A stretch of 64,000 nt of DNA from a virus. Made by a program: the position numbers and the translations under genes. The stretch lies in the IMG/VR virus record IMGVR_UViG_3300027977_000007; one strand, given 5' to 3'. The first letter of the stretch is position 1. The number at the start of each line of letters is the position of its first letter. Positions 20,646 to 30,945 of the stretch are shown in pieces. Below the pieces are notes generated by a model. The model was not told the DNA's origin. It saw only the letters and a list, made by a program, of their open reading frames with translations, and made no database searches.

Positions 20646-21761
20646 TTACACACTATCACCTTCCATTTGCCCTTCTTCTTCACCGAACTCAATCTTAGTA
20701 TCGTAGCTCACGTTTAAAGCATCATGGATGAATTTTCTATTTGTTGTTTTATATGCATCTAACTCATCTGGATTAACATACCCATGTGGAGTTGATGCAA
20801 TAACACCATTTCTTTCAATACCAGTAACATGGTTTTTCTCAGCTCTAATCTTAGCTTCGGTACCGTATTGGAAGTCTTGGCCTAGAGCCTTAGCTGTCAA
20901 TTTTTTAGTACCATGTGTTAAGATACCACCCAAGTGAACAATTAGTCTAGAATTAAAGAACATAAATTCGCCACCTTTATGTTTAATAACTGTACCATTC
21001 ATGCTATCCAGCCAAATCTTTTGAACACAAATAAATGTATTTGTAAACGGACTGTCTTCAGCTCTACTTGACGGAATCTTGAAGTTAACAATCCCTTGAA
21101 AAGCACCCATAGCACCAGCGTTCCACATATTGTTACTTGAATTGGAACAAGCTGATTTGTAACAATTAAGGGTACCAATTGAATCCCAAAGGAAGCATAG
21201 GTTCATATTGAACAGGCCCTGCTCTTGTTTTTTAATCATTTCCGAAATAAATAACGCCACATCCTCAATTACTGGTTCACCTCTTGTTGGCTTTGATTTC
21301 ATCTCACTGCTTTGGTGGTCATAATTCTTATATTTATTATACAAGTCACGACTTCTTACTAACATGAAGCCATCTGGTTTTTCTGTTATCTCACCAGTTT
21401 CCTCATTAACAACCTCAATGAACTTAACACCAACCAATTTGGCATGTTCAGTATTCCAATTACCCTCAGTCTCAATTACTACTGCAAAATCACCTACCTT
21501 CTGACAACCAACAATGGCCTCATAAAAAGCTGTTGACTTACCCGTGTTCGAATAACCTCTTACAAGGCTAACATAACCTCGTGGAAAACCAGGTAGTTTT
21601 ATTGCATCGTGCCAAGCTTTTGAAAGCGGAATCCAAGATAATTCTTTGTCTTTTGGTTCTGAGTTTAATCCTTCTGATTCTAAGAATCCATCTAAATCGA
21701 AAGGTACTTTATTAATCGGTGGTTTACCACCATTTACAGTTTTACTAGGTAATTTTGCCAT
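20646..21761 (-). CDS. RecA/UvsX-like recombinase
   Basis: Walker A GYSNTGKST, IETE, LWDSIG, HKGGE, EKNHV. Confidence 0.85.
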   Translation of the reverse strand: MAKLPSKTVNGGKPPINKVPFDLDGFLESEGLNSEPKDKELSWIPLSKAWHDAIKLPGFPRGYVSLVRGYSNTGKSTAFYEAIVGCQKVGDFAVVIETEGNWNTEHAKLVGVKFIEVVNEETGEITEKPDGFMLVRSRDLYNKYKNYDHQSSEMKSKPTRGEPVIEDVALFISEMIKKQEQGLFNMNLCFLWDSIGTLNCYKSACSNSSNNMWNAGAMGAFQGIVNFKIPSSRAEDSPFTNTFICVQKIWLDSMNGTVIKHKGGEFMFFNSRLIVHLGGILTHGTKKLTAKALGQDFQYGTEAKIRAEKNHVTGIERNGVIASTPHGYVNPDELDAYKTTNRKFIHDALNVSYDTKIEFGEEEGQMEGDSV

Positions 21762-21796
21762 TTTAAAGCATTAAAAAGATATCGTTATTTTAGGAC

Positions 21797-21820
21797 AAAA
21801 AAGGGTGATTCCTCACCCAA
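21797..21820 (-). terminator. Terminator after the SSB gene
   Basis: gggtga-ttcc-tcaccc with adjacent A run. Confidence 0.65.
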
Positions 21821-21854
21821 TTTTGACATTAATTTTTATGGATTTACTTCCATT

Positions 21855-22745
21855 TTAGAATGGCAAGTCGTCTGATTCATCATCACCATCACCATGATTT
21901 TCAGCTGGTACGGAAGCCGCTAAGATACTGGATTTAACGTTCTCAACACCCAGTGTTAACTCAGTATCAAGGTTTTCAGTTTCAGTTTTTTCAGCTACGC
22001 TTGTTTTATCAACAAATGTCTTAGCATCCTTATCCCAAACTGGAACACCACCCTTAACGATAATCTCCAAATAGTCGTAAGTCTTAACTGAGTACACATC
22101 TTCCCAAGTTCTTGTGTCAGCTAACCAAGTTTGAGCCAAAGCAGCATCTTCACTTAGTGGTGATGGGTCTAAAGATACCACTGATGTAACAGTTGGGTTA
22201 CCTTTCTGATTTCTATTAATCGTTATGATTAAATCACGACCAGTTTCTGGATGTGTAATATCTTTTTTCAAAGCCTTTACCATACCTAAAATCTTGTCAA
22301 TTACACCATTTTTAGTATAATCATGGTTAAACCTCCAAAACTTAACACCTTCAGATTCTTTATCCCTGTCGATAATCTTAACAACGTATACTTGTTTAGC
22401 TGAATACTTTTTAGCTAGTTCTTTATCGGCCTCGTTACCTGTAGATAACAATACTTCACGTGCCTCACAAAATGGACATGCTTCGCCTTTCTCATGCTTA
22501 AGACATGCGTATTTTGTTGACTTATTATCAATATAAGTCGTATGCACATGCATTGGTGAGAATGGCGTTCCAGATGGATTTGGTAAAATCCTAATTGTTC
22601 TAGTTGCCGAATCAACACCTACTGGTAGGTATGTGCTGAAATAATTCTTTAAATCATAAACCTTATCTTTCTTCTCATATCGAGGTTTATTATTTTGTTC
22701 GTACTGTTCTAGCATCGCTACTAGAGGATTAATTTGTTCACTCAT
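21855..22745 (-). CDS. Single-stranded DNA-binding protein (T4 gp32-like)
   Basis: IRILP, H..C....CPFC Zn ligands, DITHPETGRDL, acidic tail ending DDLPF. Confidence 0.85.
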   Translation of the reverse strand: MSEQINPLVAMLEQYEQNNKPRYEKKDKVYDLKNYFSTYLPVGVDSATRTIRILPNPSGTPFSPMHVHTTYIDNKSTKYACLKHEKGEACPFCEAREVLLSTGNEADKELAKKYSAKQVYVVKIIDRDKESEGVKFWRFNHDYTKNGVIDKILGMVKALKKDITHPETGRDLIITINRNQKGNPTVTSVVSLDPSPLSEDAALAQTWLADTRTWEDVYSVKTYDYLEIIVKGGVPVWDKDAKTFVDKTSVAEKTETENLDTELTLGVENVKSSILAASVPAENHGDGDDESDDLPF

Positions 22746-22798
22746 TTTCTTACGTTTTTTCTTAGTTTATGTTTGTTATTTATTCTCTTTTCTTGTTA

Positions 22799-22892
22799 CA
22801 AATATACTAAATATTTGGAGAAAGTCAAGTAGTTTTTTAGTACTTATCTAGCTTTCAAAAACAAAGATACTAAGATTTTTGCCAACACACAA
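22799..22892 (-). promoter_or_regulatory. Tandem Bacteroidota-type (early) promoters for the ssb/recA operon
   Basis: TTGACT-N16-TATATTTG (22828-22799) and TTGTGT-N17-TATCTTTG (22892-22862). Confidence 0.75.
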
Positions 22893-22920
22893 GTTAAAAT
22901 TGAAAAAAGTTTTAAAAAAG

Positions 22921-22946
22921 ATAAAGCCCCGATTTCGGGGCCTTAT
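22921..22946 (-). terminator. Terminator hairpin
   Basis: gccccga-tt-tcggggc immediately after the 22949 stop. Confidence 0.7.
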
Positions 22947-22948
22947 TT

Positions 22949-23710
22949 TTAATATTCTTCTTCTTCGTAATCATTTAAGTTTTCCTCATCGTAGGATTTT
23001 GGTGAAAAGGATTTTTGAATCGTTGCGTCATTATAACCAACATTGACATCATCCTTTGTTAGTATATACTCTTTAGGTTTTTTTTCTGTATCCATAACAT
23101 CATACGCACCTTCTTTTTCTGACCAATAATCACCCAATTTTTGGTTAAATGGTGCAGAACTTAAAGACCTCATCTCCAATTTTTCAACTGGTGTTGGATT
23201 ACGCTTAATAAATTCTCGCTCAAGACCATCAATCTTATCGTTTAACTTCGACATAGATGCTACTCTAGCTTCTAAATTAGTTAATTTTTGTAGTAATTCT
23301 TCACTTTTTTTATTTGCCGCATCAGCAGAATCTTTTGCCTCTTGCGAACCCTTAACAAGTGATGTTACGTCAACTTCTACATCCTCAGATGAAGGTTCTG
23401 GGGTCATATCTGGTTCTGGCGCTTGTGCTGGTTCTGGCATATCTGTCATATTTTCTTCTGAACCATCACTCGGTGTATCAACACCTAATTGATTGGCTAC
23501 ATCCGCAGCACCAGCATCGGCAGCGTCATCTACTGGTTTAAACTCATCATTTTGAGCATCACCATCTTCTTCAGAAATAGATGAACCTAGAATAATATCC
23601 TTATACTCAGGTGCTTCTTTTTTCTCTTGGTAGAAATCATATTCACACAAAAGCCTAAACTTCTTTAATTCCTCATTTAGTAATTCTGGCTTAAATTTAG
23701 TTTTTTTCAT
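22949..23710 (-). CDS. Acidic coiled-coil hypothetical protein (possible internal head/scaffold protein)
   Basis: LLNEE N-terminal motif, D/E/P-rich linker, coiled coil. Confidence 0.5.
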   Translation of the reverse strand: MKKTKFKPELLNEELKKFRLLCEYDFYQEKKEAPEYKDIILGSSISEEDGDAQNDEFKPVDDAADAGAADVANQLGVDTPSDGSEENMTDMPEPAQAPEPDMTPEPSSEDVEVDVTSLVKGSQEAKDSADAANKKSEELLQKLTNLEARVASMSKLNDKIDGLEREFIKRNPTPVEKLEMRSLSSAPFNQKLGDYWSEKEGAYDVMDTEKKPKEYILTKDDVNVGYNDATIQKSFSPKSYDEENLNDYEEEEY

Positions 23711-23907
23711 TAGTATAGTAGTTGTCTTCCGTCTTCAGTTATTATCTTTTTGTTGATGCGCTCAACAATACTCTTATCGCCTTTAATGATACAAACACCT
23801 GAACTACAATCCATATCGTTTGTTTTACCGTTTTCTAACATTGCATCTAGAGCTTTGTCTAAGTCAGCTGATTTATTTACATCTAAGTTTGTTTGTTTAT
23901 TTCCCAT
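23710..23907 (-). CDS. Small hypothetical protein
   Basis: 65 aa; late motif upstream; TAATG coupling to next gene; ends IITEDGRQLLY. Confidence 0.6.
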   Translation of the reverse strand: MGNKQTNLDVNKSADLDKALDAMLENGKTNDMDCSSGVCIIKGDKSIVERINKKIITEDGRQLLY

Positions 23908-23975
23908 AAATTAATGTTTAACTAGTCGTTATCTTATTATAAATATCTTATAATAACAAAAAAACCCATTAATAT

Positions 23976-24569
23976 CTAAGCATTTCTTAATGAAAATAAA
24001 TAAGGTATGTATTTAGACACATTTGAAAATATTTGAAAATCATGCTTTAAATCGGTAACCTTATCATCAGTTAATAATATATCACAACTTAGTCTTATCT
24101 TGGTCATTATCTTATCAACATCAAGTCCAATAAATTCTAATAGCTTTAAATCAATACCAAAGACATATTCATGCCCATAGATGTATACCATCGAGCCACT
24201 TAAATAAGCAATCTTATTATTGATATTTAATATCTTCCTAATAATCTTTACTAGGGTTTTTGGCTTGTATTGTATTGGGTCAACAAAGATGTAAGATAAT
24301 TTATTTAATAAATCACCATATACCTTCAGTATAAACCAATTTAAGTCTTCAGAATGCTTATCACGCTTTTCTGTCCTCTTAAAGGTCCAATATACATTAT
24401 CAGATATTAATATCTCCCCAATGTCAAAATTAGGATAGTGTTTATTAACATAGTCGTAACCAATGACTAGTGTCGGTAATCCAACTATAATATCGTCAAT
24501 AGATGACACCACATTAAACTCTTGTGGTGCAGATATTTTATCTACCGAAACTATATTTCCAATCTTCAT
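23976..24569 (-). CDS. Hypothetical protein
   Basis: 197 aa; has its own early-type promoter. Confidence 0.6.
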   Translation of the reverse strand: MKIGNIVSVDKISAPQEFNVVSSIDDIIVGLPTLVIGYDYVNKHYPNFDIGEILISDNVYWTFKRTEKRDKHSEDLNWFILKVYGDLLNKLSYIFVDPIQYKPKTLVKIIRKILNINNKIAYLSGSMVYIYGHEYVFGIDLKLLEFIGLDVDKIMTKIRLSCDILLTDDKVTDLKHDFQIFSNVSKYIPYLFSLRNA

Positions 24570-24573
24570 CTTA

Positions 24574-24604
24574 CAAAGATACGATTATTAAACTGGTTTA
24601 GCAA
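24574..24604 (-). promoter_or_regulatory. Bacteroidota-type promoter
   Basis: TTGCTA-N17-TATCTTTG ending 4 nt before the ATG at 24569. Confidence 0.65.
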
Positions 24605-27600
24605 ATATTTGCGATTCTATTTTTCGTCTTTTTATTAAACCATTTAAGACTTTACCCTCAGATGTTATTGGACCCTCCCCAATTAGTTTTGCAGCAAGTA
24701 TATAGTCTTCTTTCTTTACTGCATCTGATATACCTCTATCTATTAGTCTTTTTGGTCCACCATTGTATGCATAAGAAATTAAGCTAGCTTTTTGATTATC
24801 ATTTAATAATGTCCATTCATTATTACCAATATTTGAAATTACTATCGGAGCAAATCTCTCCTCTATATCATAAGATAAGGACCAAGTAGCTTGTTCAAGG
24901 GTAAATGTTGTACCTTGTAAGACATCAACTGGTGTTGCACCTAAACTTTCCACTATTCTATCTGTGCCGTAGCCACCTCTATAATTACCAGCATCTAAGA
25001 TTGCAACACTTGAAAAACCCTCAAACGTCTTTATTATTGTTGTAGCTCTACTAACCCAATCATCACTTAGGTCTTTGACCATCTCTAATTGCGATTTATC
25101 TGGTAATATATTTGGGTAAGCTGCTGATGTTATTTCACCAGTACCATCAGATTTATTAACATACTTATCATCACAATTTATATAAACAGCTTCTTTTCCA
25201 TCTAATCCAATCGGATTTAAAATATCCCCAAATATACCAAGTGTATCAGTATTTATAGTAATTGACGTAGGCTTACCTTTATATGTTGGGTTTTTTCTAA
25301 TAAAACAAGGAGCCGATTTACCATGATATTCAAAATGCCAAAATTCTTCAGTACCATTACCGTCTCTTAATGGCGCTGGTATTAACCAACCATACTTATA
25401 ACTATTTTCAATCAACCAAACCAATGATTCATTTACATTAAAATTAAAACCTTCTTCTACGTTTGGTTTATTATTTTCCAATTTATAATTTCGTATTATG
25501 TCACCATTTTTTTTGTAAAATTGAAAGTCAACAGCAACACCCCATCCATGCATAGATGTACCTGGTAAAGCTGCCGCCCCTTTTGGTTTTGATTTATATA
25601 GATTTTCTTGGACTTCAATAGTCCTAAACATACTGGTAATTCCAGCATATGTACCATTCTCACCAACGAAACCATTATCTTTCATCCACGTTAACCAAGC
25701 AGTTAACATAGTATTTAACGAAGTAGCTGCTTGTGGTATCAGTAGCTTAGAGTTAGCTGTATTATCAATACCTTTTGGTATTTCTGGTTTAACAAGTTTA
25801 TTTGCATCAATTACGTTATCAAAATAACCATTAAAAGCACCAGTTTCAATTAATGTTACTACTATTGGTGCGAAAGTACCGTTAACTCTAGGTGCTAGAG
25901 TCGTTAAGTTATTACTTAACGTTGAATCACCAGCCTTAATTGTTTCTAGGAATGACATATAAAAATCGGATGTTGTGAATATTGGTGATTTTGTTGCTTT
26001 TATTCTAACGCCAGTAAAATTGGTAGACATTGAATTAGGTTTGATACTATGCTTAACACGGGTAATCATATAAGCACCATGAAACATTGGTATATTATTT
26101 AATTGAAAATACATCATAGGTTGAATCATGGCATTACCCATCATTTCTATTTCAGCCTTATAGCTTCTAACCGAATATACGTTATAAAGGTTTTGACCAC
26201 CAAAGGATTTATGTTGTTCACCACCTTTTTGTGATATGTCATCAATTATTTGTAATGATTCAGCAGTTTCACCAAATTCACTTTGGTCCAATACAATATC
26301 TTTAAATAGATTTTGATTCTGTTGACCAAACGTTACCTTAAAGAAGGTATTTATGTCTTCATCGTCCTTAACACTTCCAGTGAAATCAGGTGGTAAAGTA
26401 TTTAAATCATCAGTTGCATCAAATCCATCATCTAGATAGTTTGAATTCTCAAAATCAAGATTCTTTGAGGTTTGACCAACATACATACATACAAATGATG
26501 GGCCACTGTAATTACCTGTTGGTACATCAGTATAACTTGGATAAGGTTTAAATACGCTACTTAAGACAGCAGGGTCTTTATAATTTATAAATGACGGTAA
26601 CGGAACAAAATCAAAGTTGTTAGCCGATAATAAGCTAGTTATCATATCATAAGAACTAGTATTAATATTTCCGTCTAGATAATCCTTTAATGGCGAAGGG
26701 TTTATCGCCATTATATCACCAATGTCCTCAAATGACCTAGTTACAAATCTAAAGCTATCTATTAATCTAGGTGTTGCATTGGTAGCCCCATTGGTGCTAC
26801 GTTTATTAGCTAAAGCTGTGTCAACAAGGTTTCTACCACCACATTGAAATACGACATTTTCAGTATCAGCGTAGCCAACCCATTTATCATAAATATTTTT
26901 ACAAGTACGGTACAATTGCAACTTTATTAAGTTTTCTTTAGTACTACCAAATAATTTATTTTGAGCTGCTTTTGTATCGTAAGCGTAATTCGTTGTTGAA
27001 CCCTTAATTTTATTTAAGATTGTATTTAAATAAAGATTAAAATTATTCTCACTGACTAAAATATCGGCACGTTTTTTATTTGTAGGTGGTTTAGTATTAT
27101 CCCAAATACTTGGTGTTGTATTAATTAAAATAAGTTCTTCTTTATATAAAGAAATTATTTCTTTATTTATATCAACATCATCTTTTAATTGTAGGATATA
27201 GTTATATCTGTATTCATTATCATCCCCATCCCACATTGGTGAAATTTTAAGATAATTATCAAAATTATTAAATGAATCCTTTAGTAATTGTTTTTTAACA
27301 AACACCAAGTAATCATAAGTTCCACCTTGCACTTTTCTCAGTGAGGTATTAATATCGTTCCACGTTTGTACCCAATTAGTTGAGGCTTTAGAAATTTCTA
27401 ATTTTGATTTAATATTATTCCAATCGTTAATAACAAAATCCTCAAATACTCTTATAAACTCATCTTTAGCTTGTTCTGGTAATGTTAATAATAAATTTTC
27501 AATTCGTAAATATACTGGTGAAAAACCAGATTCAAATACCATAGTAGCTCTATTCGTAAATGCACCATTTTGTGCTGTTAGGTATTCATCTTTTTTTGGA

Positions 27601-30600
27601 TAACTACTTGCATCAGTATCCATAAAAGGAATGAAAGGGTCATTTGGATTATAAAAACGTATTGGGTCAATTGTTTGTTTTGACCGCCATAACATACCAC
27701 CAATAAATGCAGCCCATAACTTTGGTACAGATATAAAACCAGACCTTTTTTTAAAAGTATTAATTATTTCTGGTCTAGTAAATATAGTATTTATATCATC
27801 ATTATTTATCAAACCATTCCACGGAAATGTATGTAAGAATAATATTGCCTTTACTTCATTAATTTGTTCATAATAAAAACGACTACCAAACAAACTAACT
27901 CTATTTTCGTTGTTGGATGAATAAACATAAAAATCAATAAATGGATAAGTTAGTTTTTTATTTTGTTTTATTGACTGATATATCGCTTCTGTATTTTTAC
28001 CATAGTTATTGTAAGGTTTGGTAAATGAACTTTCATTTAAGTTTAACAAATTAGTAAAAACTGCTACTTCATCAGGTGCTTGTTTATTAAATAATGGTCC
28101 ATCTATTAAGTAATATTCATCAATAGGTGTAGCTCTAGGTGAAGCTAATGCATTATTATGTTCTGGATTTTTAGGTGATTTATAAAACATAAATCTAAAA
28201 TCAAAATCATTTATTTCTTCTACTTTACCATCAATAGTGGTGTTAAAACCGTAATTCAACCTATCAAATGTTTGTATACCGTAAGGTCCACCAAAAATAT
28301 CAAACCCAATTTCTTCAGCACTACTATCAACTTCTGTTAATGCTAACAAATTTAATGGTTTAATATTAGTATCTATTGGTAGTGGGTATTCCGTATTTTG
28401 GTTGTATTCAGACCTTGTTATAAATTTAACATATATACCACCATCGTTTGGTTTTAAATCAGTACTACGTGTATAATTTGTTAAAAAAATACTACCGCTT
28501 TCAGCTTTTTTCGTTAAACCAACTTCATCAGTTGGCCAAGTAGAATTATTAACATTATTAAGAATAACATAGTTAGGAAGACCAGCGTCCTTAAAATCAC
28601 CATTAATTGGTATTATTTTAATATTATTGTTATCTAAAATATAATTATAACTAATACCAACATTAGGTATTTTTTCGACAACCCTAGATATTTTACCATT
28701 AATAATCTTAGTATCAAGACTTAAAAAATCAGTAATTTGTTTTGATTTTAATGTATCAATTAATTGTTTATTATCTAAATCTGCAATGATTGAATCTATT
28801 TCACGTTCAGCCATTTTAATGATTTCATCATCTATTAGATTTTGGTTAGAAATACCTAAAAATGTCATTGCTCGTATTAATATCATAAGCATAACATCGT
28901 CAGTATCCAAAAATTCCATTCTCTTATATGGGAATGTATCTGTAAATAATCTAGTATCTAACGGGTTTGTTGGTATCCAATTCGTTGTGTTTTGTCTAAT
29001 TTCTGTTTCGGTTATTAGGGTATTTTTATCCGACTCTAAAAAGGCCCTTAATAAATCGTCAATGAAACGTATTTCTGTTACATTATTTGGTACATCTAAC
29101 ACATCTGGCGCTCCTAAATACGTTTCAAGATAACGATTTTCCTTATCTGATTGTTTATATTCTGGCCATGGATAAAATTTTTTATTTAACTGACCACTGC
29201 TAGAATTTGTTGGTGTATTACCCACAGCATTCTGCTTTATATCAAAAAATTCAAACTTAGAGTCTAATTCCTTAGCTCTGGTAGTGTCATTTTCGGCTTC
29301 TGAAGATATGGTATATATTGTTTGTAAAAAAACTTCAGCAGCTGAAGTTATTGATTTCATTATTGTTCTAATAGTTGGTTTAAACCCTAGTTTATTAACT
29401 ACATTTACCTCCAATTGCTTGGCTACTCTTTCTTTTATTATTTTTATTTCTGAATCTATTCTTTCCTTACGTGAATCAAGTTGTTTTAATCTTTCTCTAT
29501 TATCAATAATTGTTAAAAATATATCATCAGTAGTTTCAATACTTTGTTGGCTACTAATAAAATCTAATATGGCTTTTTCTAATTCATTGCCTTTGTCTTT
29601 TGCTTCTACTAATTCTTTTTTAGTTTTAACTATTGGTACTATACTATTAAATGATGAAGTATCAAGAGATAACTTATTACCATTATTATAGTCCTGAACA
29701 CTACTTTCTATGTTTTTAATATATGTTGACGTATCTACTAGTAACTCTTTAGAAATCACAAATTCATAACTAGTAACACCTTCAAAAGAATTTAATTTAG
29801 TTAAATTATTCCTAATAGCTTCTAGTTGGTCTAATTTTGTTTGATATGAGCTTAAGTCTTTATAATCATCATTATCAGCTAGTAAGTTTTTGGTCGAATC
29901 ATCTATTAGTGATATATTTTTATATAACTCATCTAATGTAAGTATAGTATTATCCTCATCCTTTAAGACCTTATATTTATCAGCACCTATCTTAGTATAC
30001 GGTATCGCCTTTAGATATCCCAATAATAAATCTGATAACATAGCATATGTATATCCAATAAAACTGGTTGTTATTTCAAAGTTACCTGTTTGTGAATTAA
30101 ATCTAGAAGTAAACTTTGTCATGTGTAGACAATAAGAAACTGGTTGACCGTAATAACCCTTTATGGTTAACGTATATAATGGATACGGTAACTGAAAGAA
30201 TACTGAATACTTATTGGTCCCATTTAATATTTTATCCTCGTTTTGAAATATAGCACTACCTCTTACATCAACAAATTGTATCGTAATCAATGGGGCAAAT
30301 GATGAATTAAACTCGATATCAATTCCAGTTATACCAAGTGTTTCTGGATTATCGTTTGAATCTAGACTTGTTGTTAAATCAGTAAACTTAGTTGTTAAAT
30401 ATTTTTTCCCACCAACATTACTACCATCAATAAAATTAATCGTAATCTGGTCAGATGAATTACCAAACGATGAATTTTTATCACTTACTAATATCGTTCT
30501 ACCTTTCTTTCTGGTTTTTAATTCAACTGAAATGGTCAAATCATCTAATGGAACAGGAGTATTATTAAATACTGAATTAATAATGTTATTTGGGTCTACT

Positions 30601-30620
30601 ATCTGTGTCTTATTTGCCAT
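24588..30620 (-). CDS. Giant baseplate hub / tail-associated lysin with M15 (VanY-like) peptidase and GH24 lysozyme domains
   Basis: Hub-like N-terminus and GNAMIQPMMYFQL...YMITRVKHSI; SMFRT..Q...PGTSMHGWGVAVD...EFWHFEY; FEGF....D...GGYG...QKASLISYAYN...GLIKRRKIE. Confidence 0.8.
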   Translation of the reverse strand: MANKTQIVDPNNIINSVFNNTPVPLDDLTISVELKTRKKGRTILVSDKNSSFGNSSDQITINFIDGSNVGGKKYLTTKFTDLTTSLDSNDNPETLGITGIDIEFNSSFAPLITIQFVDVRGSAIFQNEDKILNGTNKYSVFFQLPYPLYTLTIKGYYGQPVSYCLHMTKFTSRFNSQTGNFEITTSFIGYTYAMLSDLLLGYLKAIPYTKIGADKYKVLKDEDNTILTLDELYKNISLIDDSTKNLLADNDDYKDLSSYQTKLDQLEAIRNNLTKLNSFEGVTSYEFVISKELLVDTSTYIKNIESSVQDYNNGNKLSLDTSSFNSIVPIVKTKKELVEAKDKGNELEKAILDFISSQQSIETTDDIFLTIIDNRERLKQLDSRKERIDSEIKIIKERVAKQLEVNVVNKLGFKPTIRTIMKSITSAAEVFLQTIYTISSEAENDTTRAKELDSKFEFFDIKQNAVGNTPTNSSSGQLNKKFYPWPEYKQSDKENRYLETYLGAPDVLDVPNNVTEIRFIDDLLRAFLESDKNTLITETEIRQNTTNWIPTNPLDTRLFTDTFPYKRMEFLDTDDVMLMILIRAMTFLGISNQNLIDDEIIKMAEREIDSIIADLDNKQLIDTLKSKQITDFLSLDTKIINGKISRVVEKIPNVGISYNYILDNNNIKIIPINGDFKDAGLPNYVILNNVNNSTWPTDEVGLTKKAESGSIFLTNYTRSTDLKPNDGGIYVKFITRSEYNQNTEYPLPIDTNIKPLNLLALTEVDSSAEEIGFDIFGGPYGIQTFDRLNYGFNTTIDGKVEEINDFDFRFMFYKSPKNPEHNNALASPRATPIDEYYLIDGPLFNKQAPDEVAVFTNLLNLNESSFTKPYNNYGKNTEAIYQSIKQNKKLTYPFIDFYVYSSNNENRVSLFGSRFYYEQINEVKAILFLHTFPWNGLINNDDINTIFTRPEIINTFKKRSGFISVPKLWAAFIGGMLWRSKQTIDPIRFYNPNDPFIPFMDTDASSYPKKDEYLTAQNGAFTNRATMVFESGFSPVYLRIENLLLTLPEQAKDEFIRVFEDFVINDWNNIKSKLEISKASTNWVQTWNDINTSLRKVQGGTYDYLVFVKKQLLKDSFNNFDNYLKISPMWDGDDNEYRYNYILQLKDDVDINKEIISLYKEELILINTTPSIWDNTKPPTNKKRADILVSENNFNLYLNTILNKIKGSTTNYAYDTKAAQNKLFGSTKENLIKLQLYRTCKNIYDKWVGYADTENVVFQCGGRNLVDTALANKRSTNGATNATPRLIDSFRFVTRSFEDIGDIMAINPSPLKDYLDGNINTSSYDMITSLLSANNFDFVPLPSFINYKDPAVLSSVFKPYPSYTDVPTGNYSGPSFVCMYVGQTSKNLDFENSNYLDDGFDATDDLNTLPPDFTGSVKDDEDINTFFKVTFGQQNQNLFKDIVLDQSEFGETAESLQIIDDISQKGGEQHKSFGGQNLYNVYSVRSYKAEIEMMGNAMIQPMMYFQLNNIPMFHGAYMITRVKHSIKPNSMSTNFTGVRIKATKSPIFTTSDFYMSFLETIKAGDSTLSNNLTTLAPRVNGTFAPIVVTLIETGAFNGYFDNVIDANKLVKPEIPKGIDNTANSKLLIPQAATSLNTMLTAWLTWMKDNGFVGENGTYAGITSMFRTIEVQENLYKSKPKGAAALPGTSMHGWGVAVDFQFYKKNGDIIRNYKLENNKPNVEEGFNFNVNESLVWLIENSYKYGWLIPAPLRDGNGTEEFWHFEYHGKSAPCFIRKNPTYKGKPTSITINTDTLGIFGDILNPIGLDGKEAVYINCDDKYVNKSDGTGEITSAAYPNILPDKSQLEMVKDLSDDWVSRATTIIKTFEGFSSVAILDAGNYRGGYGTDRIVESLGATPVDVLQGTTFTLEQATWSLSYDIEERFAPIVISNIGNNEWTLLNDNQKASLISYAYNGGPKRLIDRGISDAVKKEDYILAAKLIGEGPITSEGKVLNGLIKRRKIESQIFAKPV

Positions 30621-30924
30621 ATAGGGTTAAATGTAATTTTACTTGGTCAATATATCTTTGTATCGCATCATCAAACGGAAACGGTACTCTTAATACGGTA
30701 TTATCTGGAATATTAAACTCTAAACCACCATATTCTGGATTAGCATTAAGTATTAACCAACCACTATAAGCATTATTATAATAATCATTACTTACTTTGT
30801 CAAGTCTTGACTGTCCTTTACGGTATAAAACCAACTTATCAGAACTGGATGCTGGTATCTTAATACCAGGTATTGGTTTAATGTTACTATTATCCCTAAA
30901 ATTTTTATATCTATCGTAATACAT
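30610..30924 (-). CDS. gp53/LysM-like (tail X) baseplate protein
   Basis: RLDKVSNDYY....GWLILNANP......IPDNTVLRVP. Confidence 0.75.
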   Translation of the reverse strand: MYYDRYKNFRDNSNIKPIPGIKIPASSSDKLVLYRKGQSRLDKVSNDYYNNAYSGWLILNANPEYGGLEFNIPDNTVLRVPFPFDDAIQRYIDQVKLHLTLYGK

Positions 30925-30945
30925 AGTATTAATTTAATTTTTTTT

